Of a DNA stretch of 46,015 bases, positions 26,629-36,249 are shown in pieces. Origin of the DNA: a virus (Duplodnaviria; Caudoviricetes). Under the pieces are notes generated by a model that made no database searches, had not been told where the DNA came from, and was given only the letters and a program-made list of their open reading frames with translations. How positions within the stretch are numbered: the stretch's first letter is position 1; every line of letters begins with the position of its first letter. The position numbers and the translations under genes are program-made. Location of the stretch: positions 1 to 46,015 of the IMG/VR virus record IMGVR_UViG_3300032241_002818; one strand, written 5' to 3'.

Positions 26629-27285
26629 TTATTTTTTTGGTGTTATTGTTATTGTACAATCAACCCCATCTGGTATTCTAGGTGGCATAGGTGATTTTAC
26701 AAATCTTTCATCAAAATTTAAATCCCAATCTGATAAATCAATACCTTTTACATAATTATCAAATTTTCTTTTTGAATAATAACTAACACACTTAACAATT
26801 ATCTTATCACCATCTATCCAGCAAGATGTATTTTTACCAAAATCAGTTAGTGCACGTTTTGATTTTAAATCACTTAATAATTTCTCTAATTTGAAATCCA
26901 AGTTATTATCTACTTTATTATGTAAATATGATATTTCTATATCAGCAGTTGTCAAATGTATAAATACTTTATCGCTCATTAATCGCTTATTAAGTGTTTT
27001 AATTTCGGTCAATATATCCCATATACGATCATCATAAATGGTACCATAATCTAAACCTGTATCATCTTGAATTCCAATTTTTTTCATATTTTGTAAGGAA
27101 ATTCTAATAGTTGTAATTTCCCTACCCTCATATTCACCCTTCAGTATAAGTCTTTTAGGTTGTATTTTAATCTCTGATCCCAAATCCTTAATATGTACAC
27201 AGAATTCATCAATTTCTTCACTATCCCATTCAATACTATCAATATTTTCTTTTAAAAAATATTTAAATTTATCTAAGTGTTTCAT
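26629..27285 (-). CDS. Hypothetical protein with capsid-targeting-like N-terminus
   Basis: Starts MKHLDKFKYFLKE. Confidence 0.6.
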   Translation of the reverse strand: MKHLDKFKYFLKENIDSIEWDSEEIDEFCVHIKDLGSEIKIQPKRLILKGEYEGREITTIRISLQNMKKIGIQDDTGLDYGTIYDDRIWDILTEIKTLNKRLMSDKVFIHLTTADIEISYLHNKVDNNLDFKLEKLLSDLKSKRALTDFGKNTSCWIDGDKIIVKCVSYYSKRKFDNYVKGIDLSDWDLNFDERFVKSPMPPRIPDGVDCTITITPKK

Positions 27286-27983
27286 TAATTGTTTTTTAAT
27301 TTTTTATCAAGTATTTTTGCAATATTAGACCCAACAAAATAATGTATATTTTTAAGATCATCTGCTTCTTCTGTCATTATTTCATCCATAAATCTAAATT
27401 GAAATTTATACTTATTAGTATCATCTTCATCCTTAGCATCTATTTTATAGATAGATAGATCTATGTTATAATTATTGTTTATATTTATTTTAAAATCAAA
27501 TGTAGTTTTATCACAAGGTGTAGTTTTAAACTTTGGCTCATATTCAACATCAAAAATTGAATAATCTTCAATCTTAGCTCTCTTCATGTAATAATTTAAA
27601 AATAGAGCTGGTGATTCAATAAAATCTGAAAGTATTATAATATCTTCACCAAAATTATTAGATTCTAAAATATCTTCAATATTTTTTTTCATATCAATAA
27701 CACTTGAAAAATCTATTTTATGATAAACACAATTTATATCATATAGATATAAGAATGATTTATCAATTAAGTGTCTTTTATGTGTATCTGTTTTGAATAT
27801 AAATTTAGTGTGTATTATAGTATTTTCATCAGTTGATAATCCTTGAATAGATATTACTAATTTTAGAAAATTCTCACCATCTTTAGGTTTTTCATACAAC
27901 GTTTCAATAGATGAAACAACCCCTTTTTCATCATCAAATATTTCTTTAAAAATATTTTCTATTTCACCTATCCCTATATCCAT
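27285..27983 (-). CDS. Hypothetical protein
   Basis: 232-aa ORF coupled to both neighbours. Confidence 0.6.
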   Translation of the reverse strand: MDIGIGEIENIFKEIFDDEKGVVSSIETLYEKPKDGENFLKLVISIQGLSTDENTIIHTKFIFKTDTHKRHLIDKSFLYLYDINCVYHKIDFSSVIDMKKNIEDILESNNFGEDIIILSDFIESPALFLNYYMKRAKIEDYSIFDVEYEPKFKTTPCDKTTFDFKININNNYNIDLSIYKIDAKDEDDTNKYKFQFRFMDEIMTEEADDLKNIHYFVGSNIAKILDKKLKNN

Positions 27984-27985
27984 TT

Positions 27986-28750
27986 TTATTTAAATTGTTT
28001 ATCATAAGCATCACGCTTTAATTCCATCACCATATTAACATAACCATTACGTCTAAGTAATTTAAATACTAGATTACCAATTGATAATTCACCTCCCTCA
28101 CTTTCTAGACCACTTTTACGGAAATTTTTAACTTTATCCCAAACTTTATCAATTTTCTCTTTAAATTCAGGATATGTATATTCATCAGCATTTTTCTTTA
28201 ATTCATCAATTTTTTCCATAACTGGTTCAGCCTTTGCTCTAATTGTTTTCTCATCTGGTTTAAAATCAACCTTCTCAGGCTTTTTAATCCACTTATTGAA
28301 CATAAGTGAGAAAACACCACCCATTCTACCTGTATCCATTGCCATATCTAAATTCTCTTTATCTTGTATAGCAACTTCAACTTCATAACCTTTAATTGTT
28401 ATATCATGTTGTGAGTTCCATAATTTTTTAGCAAAATCACATAATTTTTCAGCGGTTTCTAGATCCTCATCTATTTTTGATTGATCTACTATGATATGTA
28501 AATCATAATCTGAATATCTTTCTGACCAATTATAATTACACAATGATCCTGTAAGTACAATATCAATTACATCACTATGTATATCAGTACCCTCAAAAAA
28601 ATCCTGACCAATTTGTAAAAGATCTTTTCTAACTTTATCATCCAAATTAAAGTTATCCCATAATTTAGTATTTAACTCCTTCTTTATATGAAAGGAGCTC
28701 ATAGGCTCAAAATCAGCCTGTACGAATTCGTAAAATTTATTAAGTTTCAT
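27986..28750 (-). CDS. Pol-beta-superfamily nucleotidyltransferase with capsid-targeting-like N-terminus
   Basis: DIVLTGSLCNYNWSERYSDYDLHII (hG[GS]..D-x-D) and a third acid in YEVEV. Starts MKLNKFYEF. Confidence 0.75.
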   Translation of the reverse strand: MKLNKFYEFVQADFEPMSSFHIKKELNTKLWDNFNLDDKVRKDLLQIGQDFFEGTDIHSDVIDIVLTGSLCNYNWSERYSDYDLHIIVDQSKIDEDLETAEKLCDFAKKLWNSQHDITIKGYEVEVAIQDKENLDMAMDTGRMGGVFSLMFNKWIKKPEKVDFKPDEKTIRAKAEPVMEKIDELKKNADEYTYPEFKEKIDKVWDKVKNFRKSGLESEGGELSIGNLVFKLLRRNGYVNMVMELKRDAYDKQFK

Positions 28751-28788
28751 AGTGTATATATTAAATATTTTTTATCATTTTATCAAAA

Positions 28789-29334
28789 TTAGAAAACTAA
28801 CCTAACATCCTTTATATCAAAACCACCAGGTAATGACAATTCTTTATTATAACTCAATTCACCAATATAAGAACTATTCATAAACCATTTTTTAATATAA
28901 TAGCGCATATCTTTATCATATAAGCCATATCTATCTTTTATATCTTTCAATGAGCGATAATCAACACATAAAGAATTTATTATTTTAATACTATTAGTTT
29001 TCTCATCTAAAATTTTATAAAGCTCCAAATCCAATAAACGACTATTCTCATCTTCATTTATAAAGTAATAACCAACAATAGGGAAACCAAAACTTTTTCT
29101 TTTATAATTTCTAACTAATAATTTCCCAAATCTTTTATCTAGAAATGAAATAATATCATCTTCCATGGTTTCAAATTTATTATCACCCATTGAAGCATTC
29201 TTTAAAACCGATTTTTCATAATCGGTCAAACTATCCATACCAGTATCATTTATCTTATCTAATATAGAATTTATCAACTCAGTATTTTCATTTAGTTTAG
29301 TTAGATTAAATTCATTAAATTTTTTAATTCTCAT
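28789..29334 (-). CDS. Hypothetical protein with capsid-targeting-like N-terminus and DUF6576-like motif
   Basis: MRIKKFNEF..LNE, then INSILDKINDTGMDSLTDYEKSVL (ILDKI..G..SLT..EK..L). Confidence 0.6.
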   Translation of the reverse strand: MRIKKFNEFNLTKLNENTELINSILDKINDTGMDSLTDYEKSVLKNASMGDNKFETMEDDIISFLDKRFGKLLVRNYKRKSFGFPIVGYYFINEDENSRLLDLELYKILDEKTNSIKIINSLCVDYRSLKDIKDRYGLYDKDMRYYIKKWFMNSSYIGELSYNKELSLPGGFDIKDVRLVF

Positions 29335-29412
29335 ATATTATATATTAATAATTAATTTTAATATTTTAAACTTTTTAATATTTTACCATATATTTAATAT
29401 AAGGTATATATT

Positions 29413-32400
29413 ATGTTAAAAGTAAGAGCACACACTTGTTATTTGGGAAAAACTGGATATGCAGCACATGCAAGATCATTTTTTAGAGAATTATCAAAAC
29501 ACGTAGATTTAAGAGTAAGAAACTACACATATGATAACAATTTGGATTATTTAAATGATATAGATTATAAAATACTAGATACTATTACATTAAATGACAA
29601 TGGAGTTGAAAGGGATTTTCATATAAAGGATGGGCTATCAAATTTACCTTGGGTAAACACTAATAACAATTTTAATCAAGATATTGATATAGTCTTGATG
29701 GATATGAATCATTATTATTTTTATGAGGACTATTCTAGTAGAGTTAAAATAGCATATACTGTTTGGGAAAGCACCGAATTACCACAAGATTTCTTTAATC
29801 AATTATTAAAATTTGATTATTTATGGGTTGTATCTAAGTGGCATAAGGATGTTGCTATAAATCAGGGATATCCTGAACATCGAATATTTATTATACATGA
29901 GGGTGTTGATGATGTTTTATACACAATGGATAGTGATCATCTTAAAAATGATAAATTCCAATTTATGTTTTTTGGTAGATGGGATTATAGAAAGGCATTA
30001 CCTGAAATTATAAGATCTTTTTTAGAAGCATTTAAAGATAATGAATCAGTTGAATTAATTCTAAGTGCTGATAATCCTTATTCAATAGATGGTCTTTCAT
30101 CAACAGAAGAAAGACTTACTCATTATGGATTAAATAATGATAAGATAAAGGTTAAACATTTTTTATCAAGAGAACAATATGAAAATTATTTAAAAAATGG
30201 TAATGTATTGATAACCTGTGCAAGAAGTGAAGGATGGAACATACCATTAATAGAGGCAATGGTAGCAGGAACACCTGTTATATATTCAGAGTGGGGTGCA
30301 CAATTAGAATTTGCAATTGGTAAAGGCAATCCTGTTAAAATAAAAGAGGAAAGATTAGCTAGTATTGGTAAAAATTTAGGATTTGCTGAAGACACACCTG
30401 GTTTTTATTCAGAGCCTGATTTTGATAACTTAAAAGATGTACTGATTGATTGTTATAATAATTGGGAAATTAAAAAGGAAAAAGCATTATTAGAAGCTAA
30501 AATGATTCATGATGAATTTAACTGGATAAAGATTGGTATTGAGGGATATAATGAATTATTAAAAGTATATCCAACAAAAACAGAGATAATTAGAAATGAC
30601 GAGGCTTGTATTATACTATCACATGCTGATACAATTGAAAAAGAATCTTTATTAAGAAGATGTGTTATATCATTAAAAAACCAAGGTTTATTTGTAATAA
30701 TATCATCACATATTGAGGTATCAAAGGAATTCCATGAAATAGCTGATTATATCATATACGATAAAGATAACCCAGTTGTATATCCAGATGAATATAATAA
30801 ACTATCAAATACAATTCCAATACACTGGATCAAATACGATGGCTTTGATTTATCATATTCTTTTGATTTTAACCATGGTTTCGCTGCAATGAAACTAATA
30901 AAAAATGGCTTAGGTATTTCTTATATAAACAATTGTAGGGTTACACATTTTATAAATTATGATTATATAATAGATGATCAAATGGTCTTAAAAAATCATT
31001 ATGATAAATTAAATGAGTATGATATGATCGCATATTCTTGGAATGATAATGATTCTATAAATTCAGCATTTTTCTCAGCAAGGACAAATAAACTCATAGA
31101 AACACTAAATCCTTTTAAAACTAAAGAGGATTATTTCTGTTATGAAAATAAAGTAATATTAGAAGATGTTCTATATAGTGCTTGTTATAATAATAAATTA
31201 AATATAAATATCAATGATATCAACACGATTAAAGAAAATAACATAATAAATAGTTTTATACTCTCTACTTATCCCCAATTAACAACAAAATCAGGTGGTA
31301 GTGGATTTGTATATCTATCAGAAAACAATGTTGGTGAAAATTATCTATGCTTAATTGGATCAGAAACAGATAATATATCATTTAATATAAACTATCAAAA
31401 AAATATAAAATCATATAATCTTTCTCCACATGAAATAATAGCATATAAAATATCAGATAGTCTAATAGAAGAGGGTTTCCAAGTCAATTTCCCTAATATA
31501 AATACTAAAAAAAAATATGATAATAAAACAAAAAAAGCAAATGTTATGATAACTAACCAAAACTACATCAAAGAATTAGAAATTGATAATATCAATGAAA
31601 ATATAAAATTTAATATAAATTTCACAAATGGGGCATTTGTTGAGATTTTAGGAAATAGTAATAGTTTATTCCTAGTTGAATTAATAAACAATAAAACCAA
31701 CCAAGTAATATACACAAATACCATAGGTGTTAATAATTGGGTTAGGAGTAATATAAAATATTATATTGATTGGAAAGTTAAGATTACTAATTTAGATACA
31801 GAAGAAATATATGTAAAAAATATTAACTTAACAAATGAAAGGGTTTTAATATCAATAGAATCTAGTGCATTAGGTGATAATATTGCTTGGTTTCCACATA
31901 TTGATGAATTTAGAAAAAAACACAATTGTGAAATAATAGTAAGTACATTTAAAAATGAATTATTTATTGACAATTATCCAGAATTAACATTCATAAATCC
32001 AGGTACATTAGTAGATAATATCTATGCTCAATATAGAATAGGATGGTTTTATAACCAAGATAATTCAGTTAATTATGATTTACACCCAAATGATTTTATC
32101 AATATACCCATGCAATCAACTAGCACTGATATATTAGGACTAGATAGAACAACATTAAAACCAAAAATAACCATACCTAATGATAATTCTCCAATATGTG
32201 GTGATTATATATGTATTGGTATACATGCAACTGCACAAGCTAAATATTGGAATAACCCAACCGGATGGCAGGAATTAACAGATTATTTTATAAATAAAGA
32301 TATAAAAGTTATAACTATTGGTCTCGAAGATGATGGTTATATGGATAACTATTACCCAAATGGATCAATTAGAAAAAATGGTGATAATTCGTTAAAGAAT

Positions 32401-33309
32401 ACAATAAATCATTTAAAACATTGTAAAATGTTTATTGGTGTTGGTTCTGGACTAAGTTGGCTATCATGGGCTGTTGGAACACCAACAATTTTAATATCAG
32501 GTTTCAGTCTACCACTAACTGAAGTAATAGATGATAATTTAATTAGAATATTCAAAGGTGGTGGTTGTAATGGGTGTTTTAATAAATATAAATTAGATCC
32601 AAGTGATTGGAACTGGTGCCCTGAACAAAAAGGAACCCACAAACAATTTGAATGTACTAGAAACATAACAGCATCGGATGTAATAAAAGAAATTGAGAGA
32701 TATAACAAATTAGGATATGCTGAAAAAACAGTTGAAGTGATAATTCAAGAATCATATGATTTAGGAATGGTACAAAATCATAAAGAGATATTAGAAGCCG
32801 CTAATTTTTTTAAATCATTAAACGTAACCAATTTTATGGAAATAGGGACTGATCAAGGTGGGACATTTGCTATATGGAGCAAATTATCAAATGATGGTAT
32901 CAGAATATCAGTTGATATACCACAAGGTCAATTTGGAAGGGGTGATTACAATGAATATAAAAGAGATGAATATCTTAAATCATTAGGGTCAAATGTGAAT
33001 ATGTTCTGGGGCTCATCACATGACCAAACAATGTTAGAAAGTGTTGAAAATACCTTATGTGGTATGTTATTAGATTTTTTATTTATTGATGGTGACCACA
33101 CATACGAAGGTGTAAAACAAGATTATGAAATGTATAAACATTTAGTTAAACCTGGTGGCTGGATTGGTTTCCATGACACAAAAGATACTGAATTCCATAG
33201 AAATGCCAATTGTAGAGTTGATAAACTATGGGATGAATTACAAGGTAATAAAATGGATTTTTTAGATAATAAATCATCATTTGGTGGAATTGGGTTTATC
33301 CAAGTTTAA
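29413..33309 (+). CDS. Multidomain glycosyltransferase/methyltransferase: GT4-like GT-B, uncharacterised middle domain, TibC/Aah-like (GT9-type) transferase, class I SAM methyltransferase
   Basis: TGYAAHAR, YTVWES, RSEGWNIPLIEAMVAGTPVI (GT4); IESSALGDNIAW, FIGVGSGLSWLSWAVG, C..C..C..C (heptosyltransferase-like); MEIGTDQGGT, FLFIDGDHTYEGVKQD, PGGWIGFHD (Methyltransf_24-like). Confidence 0.85.
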   Translation: MLKVRAHTCYLGKTGYAAHARSFFRELSKHVDLRVRNYTYDNNLDYLNDIDYKILDTITLNDNGVERDFHIKDGLSNLPWVNTNNNFNQDIDIVLMDMNHYYFYEDYSSRVKIAYTVWESTELPQDFFNQLLKFDYLWVVSKWHKDVAINQGYPEHRIFIIHEGVDDVLYTMDSDHLKNDKFQFMFFGRWDYRKALPEIIRSFLEAFKDNESVELILSADNPYSIDGLSSTEERLTHYGLNNDKIKVKHFLSREQYENYLKNGNVLITCARSEGWNIPLIEAMVAGTPVIYSEWGAQLEFAIGKGNPVKIKEERLASIGKNLGFAEDTPGFYSEPDFDNLKDVLIDCYNNWEIKKEKALLEAKMIHDEFNWIKIGIEGYNELLKVYPTKTEIIRNDEACIILSHADTIEKESLLRRCVISLKNQGLFVIISSHIEVSKEFHEIADYIIYDKDNPVVYPDEYNKLSNTIPIHWIKYDGFDLSYSFDFNHGFAAMKLIKNGLGISYINNCRVTHFINYDYIIDDQMVLKNHYDKLNEYDMIAYSWNDNDSINSAFFSARTNKLIETLNPFKTKEDYFCYENKVILEDVLYSACYNNKLNININDINTIKENNIINSFILSTYPQLTTKSGGSGFVYLSENNVGENYLCLIGSETDNISFNINYQKNIKSYNLSPHEIIAYKISDSLIEEGFQVNFPNINTKKKYDNKTKKANVMITNQNYIKELEIDNINENIKFNINFTNGAFVEILGNSNSLFLVELINNKTNQVIYTNTIGVNNWVRSNIKYYIDWKVKITNLDTEEIYVKNINLTNERVLISIESSALGDNIAWFPHIDEFRKKHNCEIIVSTFKNELFIDNYPELTFINPGTLVDNIYAQYRIGWFYNQDNSVNYDLHPNDFINIPMQSTSTDILGLDRTTLKPKITIPNDNSPICGDYICIGIHATAQAKYWNNPTGWQELTDYFINKDIKVITIGLEDDGYMDNYYPNGSIRKNGDNSLKNTINHLKHCKMFIGVGSGLSWLSWAVGTPTILISGFSLPLTEVIDDNLIRIFKGGGCNGCFNKYKLDPSDWNWCPEQKGTHKQFECTRNITASDVIKEIERYNKLGYAEKTVEVIIQESYDLGMVQNHKEILEAANFFKSLNVTNFMEIGTDQGGTFAIWSKLSNDGIRISVDIPQGQFGRGDYNEYKRDEYLKSLGSNVNMFWGSSHDQTMLESVENTLCGMLLDFLFIDGDHTYEGVKQDYEMYKHLVKPGGWIGFHDTKDTEFHRNANCRVDKLWDELQGNKMDFLDNKSSFGGIGFIQV

Positions 33310-33416
33310 ACTTAGATAAACCATTACACTAAATATTTTAATTTATACGTGAAATATTTAATATATAAAGGAAATATTCGTTATAAAAACAAAAAACGAA
33401 AGAATTATAAACTATT

Positions 33417-34745
33417 ATGGGAAAACTTATAACATTAAATGACTTAGAAAGTCAAGAATTATTAGATAATATTCTTAAAGATGAAATAATTGTAATTGAG
33501 GATATACAAGGAAGTAAAATATGGGTAAATTGGAATGGTAAAGAATTTACAATAAAACCAAAATCTATTAGTAATGATGCTATCAATTTAATTGATTTAG
33601 CTATGCAGAACTATTATAATCCAGCAATGGAATACTTCAACTCACTAGACATAAGAGTTAAATCACTTTTAAATAAAAAATGGTGGTTTTGTTTTGAATA
33701 TTTTCCTGATAATCAACCAGCCAATATAGAATATGAAAAAGAACCTAAAAATAAACTAGTATTAACATCAATTAATAAAAATGGTAAATATGATTTTATA
33801 ATAGATGAATTGGATGAATATTCTAGATTGTTTAATGTTGATATGATTCCAGTTATATTCCAAGGTAAATTATCAGAAAGAATGACCGAAGCCATTAAAT
33901 ATTTTTTAAATACAAGTGAAGATGATTTAGAATATGTATTTGGTGAAAAATCATTTGCTTTTTTCTTTTATAAAATATTAAACCCATATATTGAAAGTTC
34001 TTTCCTAATGGATGGTGATTTCCAAAAAAATATAGAAAAATTAATAGTTAGAACTAAAAATGGTGATAGATCATTTGAATTATTAAATCCTTTATATAAA
34101 AAAGTAAGTGATACAAATTCAACAGATTTTGTTGAGATATACACACTAATACTCATAAATTTTCTAACTTTTTGTCAATCAATTAATTTAGATGATATAA
34201 AATTAAAAGGTAGTAAAAAAGATGAGATTTATATTTTTTTAATTTCAAAATTATATAATATGTATTTATCTGATGTTAAAGATGATCTCATAAATTTTGA
34301 ATTCATCATACCCGAATTTTATAACAAAGACAAGTTTAAAATTAACACCGAATTAATCGATAATAAAACAACAAAGGAATATTTAGACGAAGATCCAAAA
34401 TTAGAATATATTTTTAAATGTCTATTATCATCATTTTCTAAAAAAAGAAAAAAACCTATTGGCATATTCACTGAAAATTCTGTAAAACTCTTTAATATAT
34501 TCGTTGATGATATAAATAAATACATTGAAAATTATTTAAACAAAATACATGAAATAGAACTAATGAGAGCAGGTTTATTAGATTTTGATGATTTTGAAAA
34601 TATTATGTATGATGTCGATGGTGATAACCAAGTTTATTTAGATATTTACGATGAGTTTCAAAAAGGATCTGATAATCATAAAAAGAAAAAGGGTAAAGGT
34701 GGAAAACCAACAACTTCTATAATTGATGAAAAAGGAGCTGAATAA
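33417..34745 (+). CDS. RNA/DNA-ligase-fold (Rnl2-like) protein, apparently lacking the catalytic lysine
   Basis: IEDIQGSKI sits at the motif I position (normally EKxDGxN); CFEYF, IPVIFQG, IEKLIVR and LLNPLY follow in the order of motifs III-V. Confidence 0.45.
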   Translation: MGKLITLNDLESQELLDNILKDEIIVIEDIQGSKIWVNWNGKEFTIKPKSISNDAINLIDLAMQNYYNPAMEYFNSLDIRVKSLLNKKWWFCFEYFPDNQPANIEYEKEPKNKLVLTSINKNGKYDFIIDELDEYSRLFNVDMIPVIFQGKLSERMTEAIKYFLNTSEDDLEYVFGEKSFAFFFYKILNPYIESSFLMDGDFQKNIEKLIVRTKNGDRSFELLNPLYKKVSDTNSTDFVEIYTLILINFLTFCQSINLDDIKLKGSKKDEIYIFLISKLYNMYLSDVKDDLINFEFIIPEFYNKDKFKINTELIDNKTTKEYLDEDPKLEYIFKCLLSSFSKKRKKPIGIFTENSVKLFNIFVDDINKYIENYLNKIHEIELMRAGLLDFDDFENIMYDVDGDNQVYLDIYDEFQKGSDNHKKKKGKGGKPTTSIIDEKGAE

Positions 34746-34957
34746 TGAAAGAAATTAATTTAAATAAGAAGTCTGTAGAAGTCAAGACAACAAGACCTAT
34801 TATAGTAAATTGGACTCATGAGTTAGCACAAGATCTTTCAAATTATCATGGTATGGATAGCATATCTAGTATAGAATTTGCACTTTATAAGGAAATTATA
34901 AAAGAAAAACGAAAAAATAAGATAAATAAAATCTACAAATCACAAAAACATAACTAG
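34745..34957 (+). CDS. 70-aa gp23-like capsid fragment with C-terminal RxxK-Ixx-I motif
   Basis: KKSVEVKTTRPIIVNWTHELAQDLSNYHGMDS matches the canonical T4-type gp23 segment (..R.LKA.W[TS].ELAQDL.A.HG[ML]DA). Ends KRKNKINKIYK. Confidence 0.65.
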   Translation: MKEINLNKKSVEVKTTRPIIVNWTHELAQDLSNYHGMDSISSIEFALYKEIIKEKRKNKINKIYKSQKHN

Positions 34958-34977
34958 TCAATATTGATATAAATTAT

Positions 34978-36219
34978 ATGACAACTATTGTGAAAAAAGT
35001 AATTCCATTATCCAGTGTAAAAGGATATTCAAGTATCAGAAAAAAATTAGAAGATAAAAAACACAGTCTTCAGTTCTTACCAAAAAGTTTAGAAGATATA
35101 TCATCTAGTAAAAATTTTATTTATAAAAATAAAACATTAAAAACATCATATATAATTGATATTATCCACAATTTGATTTTAAAATATTACTTTAAAAAAG
35201 AGAATAAATTCAATCTAATGTCAACTATACTTAAAGATAAATATGGTTATATGTATAATTATTATATGGATTATCTAGTTGAGAAAAAAATACTAGAGAT
35301 AATGTCAAATTATAAAGCTGGTAGAAATGCAAGAGTTTATAAAATAAATGATAATATATTAAAATCTGAAATAAAAAGATACTTAAATACTGATAGAACA
35401 TTATTAAAAAAATATAGAAATAATGTATCTCAAGTAGAAGAGGATGGTATAAAAAACTCACTAATTGAAAACAATATAAAAGCAAAATTAATAGATGATC
35501 TATTCTACGTTGATATAGAATTTGATAAATCTATATTCTATTTAGATAATCTAAAAGACAGAGAGGGTGAAATTTATAATAGAAATAGATATTCAGTTGA
35601 ATGTATAAATGATAAACATATATTTTACCATTTTGATAATTATGGGAGATTACATACTAATTTTACCATATTAAAATCATTCATACGTAAAAACTGTCTT
35701 TTAATAAATGGTGAACAAACCTATGAATTAGATATACCAAATAGCCAACCATTATTTTTATTAAAAATAATAAAGGATTCAAATACAAAATGGGTAAAGG
35801 ATGATGAATTTGAATTATTTAAATATTTAACAATAAATGGAAAATATTACCAATATGTAATGGATTATCTTGGGATAAAAAACAAATCCATAGTTAAAGA
35901 AATGACTTATAAAGTTCTTTTCGGTAAAAACGCATCTAATAGTAAAGCAGATAAAATATTTATAAAATTATTCCCAACTATACACAATTTCATAAAGATA
36001 TACAAAAGAGAAAACAAAGATTACAAAATTCTTGCATATGATCTACAAAAAGCAGAATCAAATCTTATATTCAATAAAATAGTAAAGGACATAATGTTAT
36101 TATATCCTGATGTTAAGTTAATAACAATACATGATAGTATAGTTATACCAAATTCTTATAAAGAAGAAATATCAACTATTTTTTATACCAAACTATATGA
36201 AGAATTCAATTTGATATAA
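34978..36219 (+). CDS. Compact family-A polymerase-like protein (PolA/T7-RNAP palm motifs)
   Basis: GRLHTN, ELDIPNSQP (motif A), KEMTYKVLFG (motif B), LQKAES and ITIHDSIV (motif C). Confidence 0.6.
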   Translation: MTTIVKKVIPLSSVKGYSSIRKKLEDKKHSLQFLPKSLEDISSSKNFIYKNKTLKTSYIIDIIHNLILKYYFKKENKFNLMSTILKDKYGYMYNYYMDYLVEKKILEIMSNYKAGRNARVYKINDNILKSEIKRYLNTDRTLLKKYRNNVSQVEEDGIKNSLIENNIKAKLIDDLFYVDIEFDKSIFYLDNLKDREGEIYNRNRYSVECINDKHIFYHFDNYGRLHTNFTILKSFIRKNCLLINGEQTYELDIPNSQPLFLLKIIKDSNTKWVKDDEFELFKYLTINGKYYQYVMDYLGIKNKSIVKEMTYKVLFGKNASNSKADKIFIKLFPTIHNFIKIYKRENKDYKILAYDLQKAESNLIFNKIVKDIMLLYPDVKLITIHDSIVIPNSYKEEISTIFYTKLYEEFNLI

Positions 36220-36249
36220 AAAGAAGATATTTAATTTAATATATACAAT

